This document shows, in pieces, positions 1-9,952 of a stretch of DNA of 64,000 nt. Position numbers and translations under genes: made by a program. Under the pieces are notes generated by a model. It had not been told where the DNA came from, searched no databases, and was given only the letters and a program-made list of their open reading frames with translations. Origin of the DNA: a virus (Duplodnaviria; Caudoviricetes); IMG/VR virus record IMGVR_UViG_3300028048_000075, positions 1-64,000 of that record; one strand, written 5' to 3'. The first letter of the stretch is position 1. Each line of letters starts with the position of its first letter.

Positions 1-73
1 AGTGGGAGGGAGGTTGTTAAAAAGAAAATATAAACAGGGTCATAAGACCCTGTTTATTAATATACAAAAAAAA

Positions 74-1102
74 TTAGTCGCTGATAGAAGAACCAACAGA
101 GTCTTTTCTATATTGACGTTTATCTTTTGTAACCTGGAAGTAAGCTCTATTCATCATCTTGAGTTTACCACTCTTATCTTTACCAACAGCGAACATGTAT
201 CCTACATTCTCACCTTTAATAAGATGTTTAACGAGTGATATCAACCATAATGGCATACCACATGCTACAATAGATGCTAAGAATGAACGCATTGATGCTC
301 CTTGATTAGCTCCCATTATGTACGATTGACCGTCGACAAGACAGAAACTAAATGCTGAAGAAATACCACTCAAATTTTTCATAGTATCATTTTCACCAAG
401 AGCAGCAAATGCTTTTTCAAATTCATCTTTTGATTGAATGGTCGTCAAATTAAGATCTTCCATCCATTCGTCGATCTTTCTTTTAAGCTTACGGTAATCG
501 CCCTGTCTAACGATATCCTGATAATCAGGACAACTGAGGATGCCTTCCTGAGATCTTGATGGTTCCCCCCAATCAAGAAGTGCTTCAGTAGCAGCATCTA
601 CTCCACAACAGTCGTCACCTTCAGTACCCATTTCATCTACACCAAGATCAGGAGTTTCATCAGCATCAACTACTTCTCCTCCAGAAGGAACTTCTTCATT
701 AGCAACTGCGCCTGGTTCACCAGCAATAATCGGATTTTCAATTACAGCAGTAGAAACGATATCTGAATCTTCCTCATCACCAAGAGTATCAGCATTAGGA
801 ATTGTTTCTGCTTCATCGATGGTTTCTACTGTACCTTCTTCCATATCTTCTCTAGACAAACCGAACTGTCTGAGAATATATGATTCAGTAGCAGCTACAG
901 GATCCATAGAAATAGTTTCCTGATTGTTACCTGTAGATACACCACCAGCAGATGCTTCTTCGTTATGAGAAGTTTCCGCAGTAGTAGGATCCATATCAAC
1001 TACTTTAGAATCAGCATTAGGCTGATCTACAGCAGTTTCATCATTAACAAGAACATCATCATCCATCACATTTTCGTCTTCGAATGAAAAATCGTAATCC
1101 AT
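74..1102 (-). CDS. Probable virion head protein with long acidic N-terminal propeptide
   Basis: Start moved to MDYDFS at 1102 (AGGAG RBS). About 185 very acidic residues end at PSRSQE/G, resembling the S/A/G-x-E prohead-protease sites of phiKZ-like head proteins. Confidence 0.5.
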   Translation of the reverse strand: MDYDFSFEDENVMDDDVLVNDETAVDQPNADSKVVDMDPTTAETSHNEEASAGGVSTGNNQETISMDPVAATESYILRQFGLSREDMEEGTVETIDEAETIPNADTLGDEEDSDIVSTAVIENPIIAGEPGAVANEEVPSGGEVVDADETPDLGVDEMGTEGDDCCGVDAATEALLDWGEPSRSQEGILSCPDYQDIVRQGDYRKLKRKIDEWMEDLNLTTIQSKDEFEKAFAALGENDTMKNLSGISSAFSFCLVDGQSYIMGANQGASMRSFLASIVACGMPLWLISLVKHLIKGENVGYMFAVGKDKSGKLKMMNRAYFQVTKDKRQYRKDSVGSSISD

Positions 1103-1141
1103 AGAATCTTTTCTCCTATTTTTTATTCCACTCAATTCACA

Positions 1142-2350
1142 TTATTTAAGAGAACTGATGTAAAATACCATATACAGGAATACCACCTGTTTAAATGAGT
1201 TTAATGTAGTTCTTTTTTCAGTATCTATATAATCTGAAGAATACTTCATCATCAAATCATTAAGCTTTTCTTTCAGATCAGATATAAACACATTGTACGT
1301 ATTACTTATACTATAAGCTGAACTACAACGTTTTATAAAATCAATCGAATGTAATGTAGTTACTCCTTGTTGTAAAGAAATAATCCAATATGAAACAATA
1401 TCTTTTATAATTATAGACATCGTTTCTCCATCCGACGATTTTCGTATGTTATTAATGATTAATGTAGCTTTAGTAACAGAAACTTTATTACATTTTTTAC
1501 ATGCAATTTCTACTAAGTCTCTGCGAATTTCGGAATCCTGAATAAAGCTTATCATTACTTTTTTAACAACATTTTCTATTGTATTACTAACAGATGTAAC
1601 ATCTGCTAAATAAGTCTTACCTTCACCATTAGTTTTTTCAATATCTTCAGTGGTAGTTTTTTTATTTTCTTTACGATTTTTATCAAATTCTCCAAAAACA
1701 TATTTTAATACACTTTTGAAACGTTTGATCAATTTAGAAACCCACTGATAGACATCATTATCACGTATATTATTGAAATCGACATTCAAAGAATTGTTAT
1801 TCGTTTCAACATAATCATCGATCAGAATATAAATGTTATTATATTTAGCAATATCAAATCGATTATTTAAATGTGAAATAGTATATTCCATAATATCAAC
1901 ATTAGGAACATGGACAAATATCTGTCTCTGACAGATACTATAAATTCTCAATCCAAGATACAATCTAACGAATTTATATGCACAAATTCTTGTTCCATAA
2001 AGCTTTTCCATCTCAGCTTGATGTTTTTGATAAAAACATGACAGAAGCATTAATATATTGTATATTGGCTCTATTTCATCATTATAACCAGATAAGCTTT
2101 TACAATTACTGATAATATCAACAATTTGGTCTCGTTCTATATCCAAAGCATCAAAAAAGGAATTTTCTATAGCTTTAGTATAATAAAGTCGTTCTCCAAC
2201 ATTTTTAGTAGAAAGTACATCAGAGCGTTTATTAATAAAATCGCTAATATGATTAGCAATTTTTGGAAAATTCTGTATAAATTTCTCTCCAAACTGCTCT
2301 TCTACACTTTCATACAGAAAATGATGGTCTTTAATATCTTGTCTTTTCAT
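1142..2350 (-). CDS. Hypothetical protein (402 aa)
   Basis: Long ORF immediately preceded by an AACA-N6-TA motif; no RBS. Confidence 0.75.
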   Translation of the reverse strand: MKRQDIKDHHFLYESVEEQFGEKFIQNFPKIANHISDFINKRSDVLSTKNVGERLYYTKAIENSFFDALDIERDQIVDIISNCKSLSGYNDEIEPIYNILMLLSCFYQKHQAEMEKLYGTRICAYKFVRLYLGLRIYSICQRQIFVHVPNVDIMEYTISHLNNRFDIAKYNNIYILIDDYVETNNNSLNVDFNNIRDNDVYQWVSKLIKRFKSVLKYVFGEFDKNRKENKKTTTEDIEKTNGEGKTYLADVTSVSNTIENVVKKVMISFIQDSEIRRDLVEIACKKCNKVSVTKATLIINNIRKSSDGETMSIIIKDIVSYWIISLQQGVTTLHSIDFIKRCSSAYSISNTYNVFISDLKEKLNDLMMKYSSDYIDTEKRTTLNSFKQVVFLYMVFYISSLK

Positions 2351-2351
2351 A

Positions 2352-2363
2352 TATAAGAATGTT
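2352..2363 (-). promoter_or_regulatory. Late-type promoter motif AACA-N6-TA
   Basis: Minus strand AACATTCTTATA; the motif recurs upstream of at least 10 genes. Confidence 0.6.
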
Positions 2364-2376
2364 TTTAGAAAATATT

Positions 2377-2400
2377 AGAGAGATCCGTTTGGATCTCTCT
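2377..2400. terminator. Intergenic hairpin, probable intrinsic terminator
   Basis: agagagatcc-gttt-ggatctctct inverted repeat. Confidence 0.55.
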
Positions 2401-2408
2401 AAAGTGTA

Positions 2409-2726
2409 TTATTTTACAAATTCCCAATCGGAATTCTTCTTTACAGTAACTATTTCGTCAAGATTAAACGATTTCATGACGTTTGTATTAACATTAATCA
2501 TAGTAACATAAATTCCTTTCAATGTTACCAGATATTTACGGAATTCGAATCCTTGTTTTACATAATCGTCATTCATAGAAACCTTACACAATCTATTACC
2601 ATTGTAAAGCATAATATCGTGTTTATGCAAAACAATTGTCTTAGGTATTTTAGAATCACCAATTACTGATGATCCATTTGTGTTTTCAATAAACTTGAAT
2701 GTGTAAAAGTCTTTACTGTTTACCAT
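2409..2726 (-). CDS. Hypothetical protein (105 aa)
   Basis: ORF overlapping the upstream gene in an operon-like arrangement. Confidence 0.65.
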   Translation of the reverse strand: MVNSKDFYTFKFIENTNGSSVIGDSKIPKTIVLHKHDIMLYNGNRLCKVSMNDDYVKQGFEFRKYLVTLKGIYVTMINVNTNVMKSFNLDEIVTVKKNSDWEFVK

Positions 2727-3144
2727 TTCTATTCTTATCCTCCATTTTCTTTTTCTTAGGAATTTTTATATTCTTTTTGTTAGATAATACGTATCTAAGT
2801 TCAACCATATCATAATATTTACCACCATATTCGAATTCATACATTATCTTATGAGACACTCGTTTATAATCCGTATATGTGTGATTTTTATCTTTAATCC
2901 AACTTTTCACGGTATTAATACCTATAGTTTCCAACCAATCTTTGTCAAAATCTTCTTCATCAGATTCTTGGAATACTCTTATGAGAATCTCATTTATTTC
3001 AACATACCAGATTGTATTAACAGTTATAATTTCGTCATACTCGAATGCTTCCGAAATTATATTAACGTGTAAATCTTTCGAAAATGCTAAGTGTGTTGAA
3101 GAAAATAGGATCAACATTATTGCAAATAGAAGTTTTCGTTTCAT
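2713..3144 (-). CDS. Hypothetical protein with N-terminal signal peptide
   Basis: MKRKLLFAIMLILFSSTHLAFS has basic and hydrophobic regions and an AxS-like cleavage site; GACA-N6-TA motif at 3170-3181. Confidence 0.65.
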   Translation of the reverse strand: MKRKLLFAIMLILFSSTHLAFSKDLHVNIISEAFEYDEIITVNTIWYVEINEILIRVFQESDEEDFDKDWLETIGINTVKSWIKDKNHTYTDYKRVSHKIMYEFEYGGKYYDMVELRYVLSNKKNIKIPKKKKMEDKNRNGKQ

Positions 3145-3204
3145 AATTAATACCTATAAAAAATAAATATATCTTTTTGTCTTAGAAGAAGATAATAAAA
3201 AAAA

Positions 3205-3242
3205 AGAAGGAGCTTGTATATCAGCTCCCTCCTTTTTTTTTT
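3205..3242. terminator. Bidirectional intrinsic terminator
   Basis: GC hairpin ggagct...agctcc flanked by A-tract and T-tract. Confidence 0.65.
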
Positions 3243-3259
3243 ACCCAGTCGGTTTAGCC

Positions 3260-3745
3260 TTATTTCAGAAGTTCACAGAACTTAAAGAACTTGTTCAAGT
3301 CACAACGAATAGTCACCAACCATTCGTCGGTTGCTGGGTCTTCCTTAAATTCAGTTGGAGCATTGCTGCATGCACTGAGAAAAGCAAACAAACCATTGTA
3401 TAGTTTGAACTGTTCTTTCGAAGCCCCAAAGAAACTGAATAGGATGAAACTGTCATCTTTAGATTGATCCCATTTCTGGAAATCTGAATCTTCTTTCAAT
3501 GATTCCTGGAATGAACTGAACAGCACTTTTATAAGATCATCATCGTATACACTTGCATAGAAGTGAAATACAGGATTTTCTTTGTACATGAAATCACTCT
3601 TTTCAGGAATTGAAAGAGTAATCTTTTCTTCTCTGTAAGAATCCGATTTATCAAGAGTTTTGTGGAGAGCTCCACAAAGCATCTTAACATCGTCTTCATT
3701 TCCAAGAATTTCAATTTGGAATCTTTTGCCGTTTTCCATGATCAT
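3260..3745 (-). CDS. Hypothetical early protein (161 aa)
   Basis: AAAGGAG RBS, own early-type promoter and terminator. Confidence 0.75.
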   Translation of the reverse strand: MIMENGKRFQIEILGNEDDVKMLCGALHKTLDKSDSYREEKITLSIPEKSDFMYKENPVFHFYASVYDDDLIKVLFSSFQESLKEDSDFQKWDQSKDDSFILFSFFGASKEQFKLYNGLFAFLSACSNAPTEFKEDPATDEWLVTIRCDLNKFFKFCELLK

Positions 3746-3787
3746 ATTAATACTCCTTTCGAATAGGTTTGGATTTTATTTTCCTAT

Positions 3788-3810
3788 TCATTAATATAAT
3801 ATATAAATAA
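3788..3810 (-). promoter_or_regulatory. Early-type promoter motif TTTATATATTATATTAATGA
   Basis: Near-identical copies at 4414, 5862, 13985, 15110, 15277, 25781, 26490, 61855 (minus) and 30634, 34262, 34964 (plus), always upstream of genes. Resembles phiKZ-type early promoters (TATATTAC). Confidence 0.75.
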
Positions 3811-3867
3811 AAAATAAATAAAGGGGGGAGCTTAACGCTCCCCCATTTTTAGAATACGATGTAGCGA

Positions 3868-4359
3868 TTAATCGGACTTTTTCTCATCAACATCAAAGAG
3901 GTAGTCCATGAGACCATCGAATCCGTCGTTTGTTTTCAAGCATTCGAACAAATCCATAATATCTTTTTCCAAATTGTCGATGAACTTGAACTTCTCTTCT
4001 GGAGACTTCTTTTTCAAAATCTCACGAGCTCGTTCAGCATGCAATCTATAAAATCTGTTTGACTTACAGATTTTCTTCAAGACACTTTCCTCTTTACCTT
4101 CGTTCTCCTCGGATTCAGAAGACTCTCCAGTTTCTTCCTCAACTGTATCAGCAGGTCTGTACTTTGTACGTATCTTGGTCGAGATCTCACCAGAATCAGA
4201 CAATACGATTCCGACAACCGGGTTAAATGCGTCTTCATATTCTTGTTTCTGATAAAGGGTGATTGGATTTACATCCATTTCACCATAAGCTTCACCGCTC
4301 TTTTCACATTCCCTCAACATGTCTTTGAGGATTTCCTTGCTAATCTTTATTGCTAACAT
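3868..4359 (-). CDS. Hypothetical early protein (163 aa)
   Basis: AAAGGAG RBS, early promoter at 4414-4436, terminator at about 3822-3845. Confidence 0.75.
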   Translation of the reverse strand: MLAIKISKEILKDMLRECEKSGEAYGEMDVNPITLYQKQEYEDAFNPVVGIVLSDSGEISTKIRTKYRPADTVEEETGESSESEENEGKEESVLKKICKSNRFYRLHAERAREILKKKSPEEKFKFIDNLEKDIMDLFECLKTNDGFDGLMDYLFDVDEKKSD

Positions 4360-4413
4360 AACAACTCCTTTGCGGTTTTTACCGCTATTAAAATAATCTT
4401 GAGTACAACGTGC

Positions 4414-4436
4414 TCATTAATATAATATATAAATAA
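4414..4436 (-). promoter_or_regulatory. Early-type promoter motif
   Basis: tcattaatataatatataaataa, identical to 3788-3810. Confidence 0.75.
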
Positions 4437-4487
4437 AAAAAAAATAGCGGGAGATAATTCTCTCCCGCTAAAAATCGAATCACACGA

Positions 4488-5801
4488 CTAAACTATTTCG
4501 TACTGGTTGATAAATTGTATTTCAGAAATCGCACGACGTCCTTTCTGATAACAATATTCTCCAACGACATCTCCATCATCATCAAGAACAACGAAATACT
4601 TTTCTTTCAATGCTTCAATAACCTTTGGTTCTTCACCGATACAATGACTATCATAGTAATTTGATTCGTAATACGTAGGATACTTTATTTTTGGATCGTA
4701 TGGGAACTCGAGAATACAATCAGTAAATAACTTTTCGTCTCCGTTCTTAATTTTGAACACCTGTGACTTTAAGAGTCTGCCAGTCGGACTGTATTCATGA
4801 TTGATTCTGTATGTATTCTCCAAATTGACACCATCGATAAAGTTATAGCGCTTCTTTGTTACAGAATCGAAATACTTACGACCGTATATGGTTTTGTATG
4901 TAAAGACTCTGTATGCATTATCTACCAAAACCTCACCTCTATACAAGCTAACGCTCGTTAAAAGATCGTCTTGATAATGATAAAACCATTCGATATAATT
5001 TTGACTCGTATACTTGTTCAGTTTACGAGCATTTTCTCTTTGATCTTGTGTTTTGCACAAATCATTACAGAATGCTCTATACGATATCCTTTTCAGCAGT
5101 TTTGGTCTATAGCTGTGTTCGAATTCATGGAAATTGAGTTCAGGTACTTTTGTCTGAATGTACTTTTCATCGTTTTTCCATTCCTGTTTATAGAAATCGT
5201 ATCCTTCGTACTCCCATACGTTGTATTTGATACTCTTAGAAAACGGTATTGTTGCCGTTTCTACAGAACCATCTTTTTGCGGCATGTTTACAGAAAGATT
5301 TCCATCATCAAACTTTTTGATGTTAATACAGTTTATGATATCAATGTTATCCAGATAATCATAAACTTCCGAACCAACAAGGAACAACGTTTTATCCAGA
5401 TTCTTGACTTTTGGACCAGGGATGTAGAATTCTTCGAAGACTAAACGCTGTCTCTTTTTATCATAGCATCTATAGCGCAAAACGTTTTTGTACTTAATTG
5501 TATCAAATCCATCTATAGACATTCTCCATTCGCCACGTTCTTCAAAAGAATATTCATAATCGAACATTGGATTTAGTTTTGGATCCTCGAAGTAATGCCA
5601 GTATAAATTTTTAGGATAATCCTTGTTACTGGTCATCGATTTATCTAACAAAACTTTCTTTCCAGAAATGAATTTGTTAGTAAAATCTTTCCAGTATGAA
5701 TAGTTTACTTCGTACACATCAGGTTCATTGTTACGTTTATAGCCATTAACATTTTGGTTAAAACGTAATTCCTTTACCAATCGTTTCTTAGTTTCTTTCA
5801 T
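4488..5801 (-). CDS. Hypothetical early protein (437 aa, Tyr/Lys-rich)
   Basis: GAGG RBS, early promoter at 5862-5884, terminator at about 4446-4470. Confidence 0.75.
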   Translation of the reverse strand: MKETKKRLVKELRFNQNVNGYKRNNEPDVYEVNYSYWKDFTNKFISGKKVLLDKSMTSNKDYPKNLYWHYFEDPKLNPMFDYEYSFEERGEWRMSIDGFDTIKYKNVLRYRCYDKKRQRLVFEEFYIPGPKVKNLDKTLFLVGSEVYDYLDNIDIINCINIKKFDDGNLSVNMPQKDGSVETATIPFSKSIKYNVWEYEGYDFYKQEWKNDEKYIQTKVPELNFHEFEHSYRPKLLKRISYRAFCNDLCKTQDQRENARKLNKYTSQNYIEWFYHYQDDLLTSVSLYRGEVLVDNAYRVFTYKTIYGRKYFDSVTKKRYNFIDGVNLENTYRINHEYSPTGRLLKSQVFKIKNGDEKLFTDCILEFPYDPKIKYPTYYESNYYDSHCIGEEPKVIEALKEKYFVVLDDDGDVVGEYCYQKGRRAISEIQFINQYEIV

Positions 5802-5924
5802 AATCTTTTACCTCGCTTGTTATGAAATTAACAATGTCATTGTTAACCTTTATCGACATTGTCATAAGTATAATATATAAACAAAACCGGTGGGCACTTA
5901 GCCCACCGGTAATAAATCGATTAA

Positions 5925-7481
5925 TTATAGGTGTAATACACGATCATGAATATCGGCCATACGACCTTCATTCATTGCATTGGCATTGCTTAGATATCCA
6001 CAAACACGACGAACTACAGTCATTTCATGAATATCACGGTTACCACACTGCGGACATTCCCATACAAGTTTATTATTCTCATTTCGAATCATTTTGATTT
6101 CTCCTGAGAATCCACACTTATGACAGTTATCGATTTTGCTGTTAAGTTCGGCATACCAACAATGTTCATAAATGTATTTCATAACAGACAAAATAGCTTC
6201 CTGGTTATTAATCAAGTTAGGCATTTCGATATATGAAATAGCTCCAGCATTTGTCCATTTCTGGAAATGTGCTTCGTTACTTAACTTTGTAAATGCATCA
6301 ACATGTTCTTTGACGTTCGTATGATAGCTATTAAGAACATAATCTTTATCAGTTACATTCTTAACGATTCCATGACGAGATCTCAAAGCTTTTGCAAACT
6401 TATATGTGGTTGATTCCTCAGGTGTGCCATACAAACTGAAACCATAATTCTCACCAGGAATTTTATTCCATTCATCACACCGTTCTTTCATATAACGAAC
6501 TACACTTTCAGCGAATTCCATATTTTCTGGATCGGTATGAGGTTTATCTGTAAGAGCCATCAAAGTCTCCCATAAACCTACAAAACCTAATGACGCTGTA
6601 GAATAGCCTCCAGAAAGCGTTTTATCAATGGTTTCACCTGGTTTTAGACGTGCAATAGCCCCATATTGCCACAAAATTGGAGCAACATCTGACTTCGTGC
6701 CTTTCAAATAGTTAATCCTGATTAGGAGTACTTTATGCACCATTTCAAGACGTTCATCAAGCAATTTCCAGAATTCTTTCATAGCTTCTTCATTATTCAA
6801 CAAGTTTTCTCCGTCTTTGTAATACTTGTCTCTAATTGTAAGAGCTACATCTGGAAGATTAACAGTACAGACCTGTTTATTATACCTTCCCCAGAACTTA
6901 GGTTTATTTTCATTTTCAGGATCTTTCCATACAGAAAGGAATGCGCGGCAACCCATCGGTGCATAACAATTTCCTTCTTTATATTCTTTCATTATCTTTT
7001 CAGAAATATAATCAGGAACCATACGTTTTGCCGTGCATTCTGCACACAATTTCATAAAATTCCAATAAGGTTTTGTTTCATCACAATTGGTTTCATCAAT
7101 TGTAACAACTATTTTAGGAAATGCTGGAGCTATCCATGCTCCCGATTTATTCTTTACACCCTTAATTCTCTGTCTTAAAATTTCTGATGCAACGAGAGCC
7201 AAGTCATCACGTTCTTGTCCTTCTGGTGCTTCATTAAGATAAATAAATAACGTTGAAAATGGGGTCTGGCCATTCGCAGTCATCAATGTGTTTATCTGAT
7301 ATTGAATCATTTGAACACCTTTCTTTACTTCTTCGGCAACCATTTCTTCAATAATTTTATCAAACGCTTCTTTAGGAATATTTAAATTGTATTTTTCGAT
7401 TCTTTCTTTTTCTTGTTCAATAAACTTCTGACGAGAAACATCAACGAATTTTGAAATATGATAAACATTTGTCGACTGACC
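5925..7481 (-). CDS. nrdD: Anaerobic ribonucleoside-triphosphate reductase, exon 2
   Basis: The frame continues upstream of the ORF-track start as GQSTNVYHISKFVDVSR. Contains APMGCRAFL, YGTPEES, CxxC..CxxC and the glycyl-radical motif RRVCGYL. Confidence 0.95.
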   Translation of the reverse strand, partial: GQSTNVYHISKFVDVSRQKFIEQEKERIEKYNLNIPKEAFDKIIEEMVAEEVKKGVQMIQYQINTLMTANGQTPFSTLFIYLNEAPEGQERDDLALVASEILRQRIKGVKNKSGAWIAPAFPKIVVTIDETNCDETKPYWNFMKLCAECTAKRMVPDYISEKIMKEYKEGNCYAPMGCRAFLSVWKDPENENKPKFWGRYNKQVCTVNLPDVALTIRDKYYKDGENLLNNEEAMKEFWKLLDERLEMVHKVLLIRINYLKGTKSDVAPILWQYGAIARLKPGETIDKTLSGGYSTASLGFVGLWETLMALTDKPHTDPENMEFAESVVRYMKERCDEWNKIPGENYGFSLYGTPEESTTYKFAKALRSRHGIVKNVTDKDYVLNSYHTNVKEHVDAFTKLSNEAHFQKWTNAGAISYIEMPNLINNQEAILSVMKYIYEHCWYAELNSKIDNCHKCGFSGEIKMIRNENNKLVWECPQCGNRDIHEMTVVRRVCGYLSNANAMNEGRMADIHDRVLHL

Positions 7482-8370
7482 CTATATGTATAGATATTTC
7501 TACCTTGATTAACATACTGGAACATATATTAAGATTGATTAGATCTTCCTTCTCTTTGGAATGGTTCTCATCCCCATTCTACTCTACTCGGTTACTTTTC
7601 GATATAAAATCATTCAATATCGAATATCCTTTCGATGTCCTCTACACGTTTAATGATTAAATTTATACCTTTGGCTTTATAAAACCTGGATGTTCCATTC
7701 TTAATGACTATATGTTTTACAGTTTTCATAGAAATTCCGTACATATCCGAAATCTCTCGTCTAGTCATAAGAAAACAACTTCCGTTATTTAAATCGTCAA
7801 CAATATAAAGATGTTGATTTCCATAATGATAACGTTTATCACGTTTTACGGAATTCTCAGCAATCGAAATCTGTTGGAGATTATCAATTCTGTTATTTAA
7901 AGGATTATTATCTATGTGATCGATACACATTGATGGATCTAACGGACCTTTAAAAGTTTCATATATCAATCGATGTAATGGTATATGTTTCATTTTGTGT
8001 ACACCATCTTCAACGATAGAAATAGCAGCTATTAAATATCCATATCTATCTATTTTTACTTTTCGTAATCTAAAAATACCATCCTCTTTTCCATGAGCTC
8101 CAGGTATCTTAGTTGATAAAAATTGACCCATCGTTGTTACATAATATCCTTTATATTTTGTTTCTTTCATCTCGTTTTTCATATTGTTTTATCGATTCAA
8201 ATATTAAATTTAATCACATTTAGCACGGTATTACCATATCCATATTATTGGACTTAGGCTCTCTTACCACCTTAATCTTTCGATTTAGTTGACCGTTAGC
8301 AAGTATTAAAATACTCACACCCATTGAGAAATGGTTAAGAAGGTTTATACTCGGCAGTGGAATTTTATCT
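7482..8370 (-). mobile_element. Group I self-splicing intron in nrdD (889 nt)
   Basis: Exon 1 ends ACUCGGU, pairing with IGS GCCGAGU (U.G at the splice site); the intron ends in G (CAUAUAG). P3 CCUUCUU/GAGAAGG, P4 ACGGU/ACCGU, P7 GAGGACAU/AUGUUCC. Splicing restores SSQLG-GQS and gives a 739-aa NrdD. Confidence 0.93.
7610..8182 (-). CDS. Intron-encoded HNH homing endonuclease
   Basis: HRLIYETF...IDHIDNNPLNNRIDNL HNH motif; the ORF end overlaps intron P7. Confidence 0.9.
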   Translation of the reverse strand: MKNEMKETKYKGYYVTTMGQFLSTKIPGAHGKEDGIFRLRKVKIDRYGYLIAAISIVEDGVHKMKHIPLHRLIYETFKGPLDPSMCIDHIDNNPLNNRIDNLQQISIAENSVKRDKRYHYGNQHLYIVDDLNNGSCFLMTRREISDMYGISMKTVKHIVIKNGTSRFYKAKGINLIIKRVEDIERIFDIE

Positions 8371-9033
8371 ACCGAGTTGCGAACTAGCTACTTGAGCCAT
8401 AATTTGTGTAGCTACGTTACAAGCAGTTGTGAATGATTTTGGTTTATCGATTTTTGTACCGGAAATAACTGTACCATTTTGCAGCATATCGTCCATATTG
8501 ATAAGACAACAATTGTACAATTTCATTGAAGCGTAATCCATATCGTGTATATGAATGATTCCTGCTTCATGAGCTGCAATTAATTCTTTAGGGAATAAAC
8601 GTTCCCTAGCATACCATTTAGAAACTTCTCCTGCCATATAATCTCTCTGAGTTGGCAGAATTGTTGGGTTTTTATTAGCATTCTCCTGTTGAATTTCTTC
8701 ATTATTACAATTGAGAATAGAACCGATTTTGTCAAGAAATGTCGAACTCTCTCTATCCAACTGATGTTGATATCTATACACGATATAGTTCTTAGCAAGT
8801 TTGTGTGCTCCCAAAGAAGCAATACCTTCTTCAACCATATCCTGTATTTCTTCAACAGTATGAGTTCTACTAGCTGAATTAATAACTTCAGTAATATTGC
8901 TAGCAATCATTTCAATTTGACCGTCAGTAATCTGATCTTTAACAGATACTGACCCATTTGCTCTTGTAATAGCAGAAACGATCTTTCCTTCGTCGTATTC
9001 TACTTCAACACCGTTTCTTTTAATGATATTCAT
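8371..9033 (-). CDS. nrdD: Anaerobic ribonucleoside-triphosphate reductase, exon 1 (ATP cone)
   Basis: Start MNIIKRNG at 9033 with AAAGGAG RBS; ATP cone, ENANK, IHIHDMDY, YNCCLI, QVASSQ. Confidence 0.95.
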
Positions 9034-9265
9034 TATCGAAACTCCTTTATATAGAAAGAATAAATAACAGTTTTCTAAGTACCAAATCGTCATCTAGAAG
9101 TGGTACATTAATTTGTTTCTCTCATTGTAAAAAGGGATCATTTTATTCCATACTTAAAAAATTAAATCTTATTGTTAACTATAGAATAAAAAAATAAAAG
9201 ATTTCGGGTATTATCCCGAAATCTTTTATAATGTTCTTTTAAATAGTTTTAATATGAACCGTCGG

Positions 9266-9466
9266 TCATTCTTTTTTCTTTTTAAGATAAATGATTATTC
9301 TGCATATGATATACACAAGAACAGCACAGATTGTAGCCCAGAGAATTACATCACGCTTAAAGCTACTAATTGTGTTCAAAACATTCAATGTTGCAAGTAC
9401 AGAAATTATGCTACTAACAACAGCCACAATCACATAATCGAGATATTTTATTATGAGATTTTTCAT
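9266..9466 (-). CDS. Small two-TM membrane protein (66 aa)
   Basis: GGAGG RBS, two hydrophobic segments, basic C-terminus. Confidence 0.65.
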   Translation of the reverse strand: MKNLIIKYLDYVIVAVVSSIISVLATLNVLNTISSFKRDVILWATICAVLVYIICRIIIYLKKKKE

Positions 9467-9491
9467 GTAACAATCCTCCTAAGATTGTAAT

Positions 9492-9935
9492 TTAATCGAC
9501 CAAGAAATCGTACAAATAGATTTCTACAATATTTCCATCCATCAAATTCGACGAGTTTACATTCCATGGGATCTTTCTATCCTTTGGATTTCCTCTGGTT
9601 TCGATAACAAACTTAACGTATTTCTTTTCATTGTGCTTAGCAAAAGACAAGTTAAATGCTTGCACATAATCCATTATACATTTATCGTTGATATTGGACG
9701 ATTGATAAAAACCTATATAGTTTTTACTCCAAATGTCTTTAATGAATTTCTTATAAGTATCTGGGAAATTCTTTAATCTTCCACGAATCGCTATTCCAGA
9801 CCCATAAGAATTATATAGTTTGGTTACCATTACTTCGAAATTAGAATTTTTATCCAAATCCCAATCACCAAATAACAAACCAGCTTTTCTACCTAATTCC
9901 TCAGCCTGTTTAATTTCTGTCTGAAACGTTGTCAT
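9492..9935 (-). CDS. Hypothetical protein (147 aa)
   Basis: ORF directly downstream of the DNA polymerase subunit. Confidence 0.7.
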   Translation of the reverse strand: MTTFQTEIKQAEELGRKAGLLFGDWDLDKNSNFEVMVTKLYNSYGSGIAIRGRLKNFPDTYKKFIKDIWSKNYIGFYQSSNINDKCIMDYVQAFNLSFAKHNEKKYVKFVIETRGNPKDRKIPWNVNSSNLMDGNIVEIYLYDFLVD

Positions 9936-9952
9936 TTTTGAACTTTGACTCC

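Noticed and set aside
1-18. GTGGGAGGGAGG resembling the C-rich loop motif on the minus strand
   Set aside because: Truncated by the window edge; it could simply be a terminator arm or an RBS.
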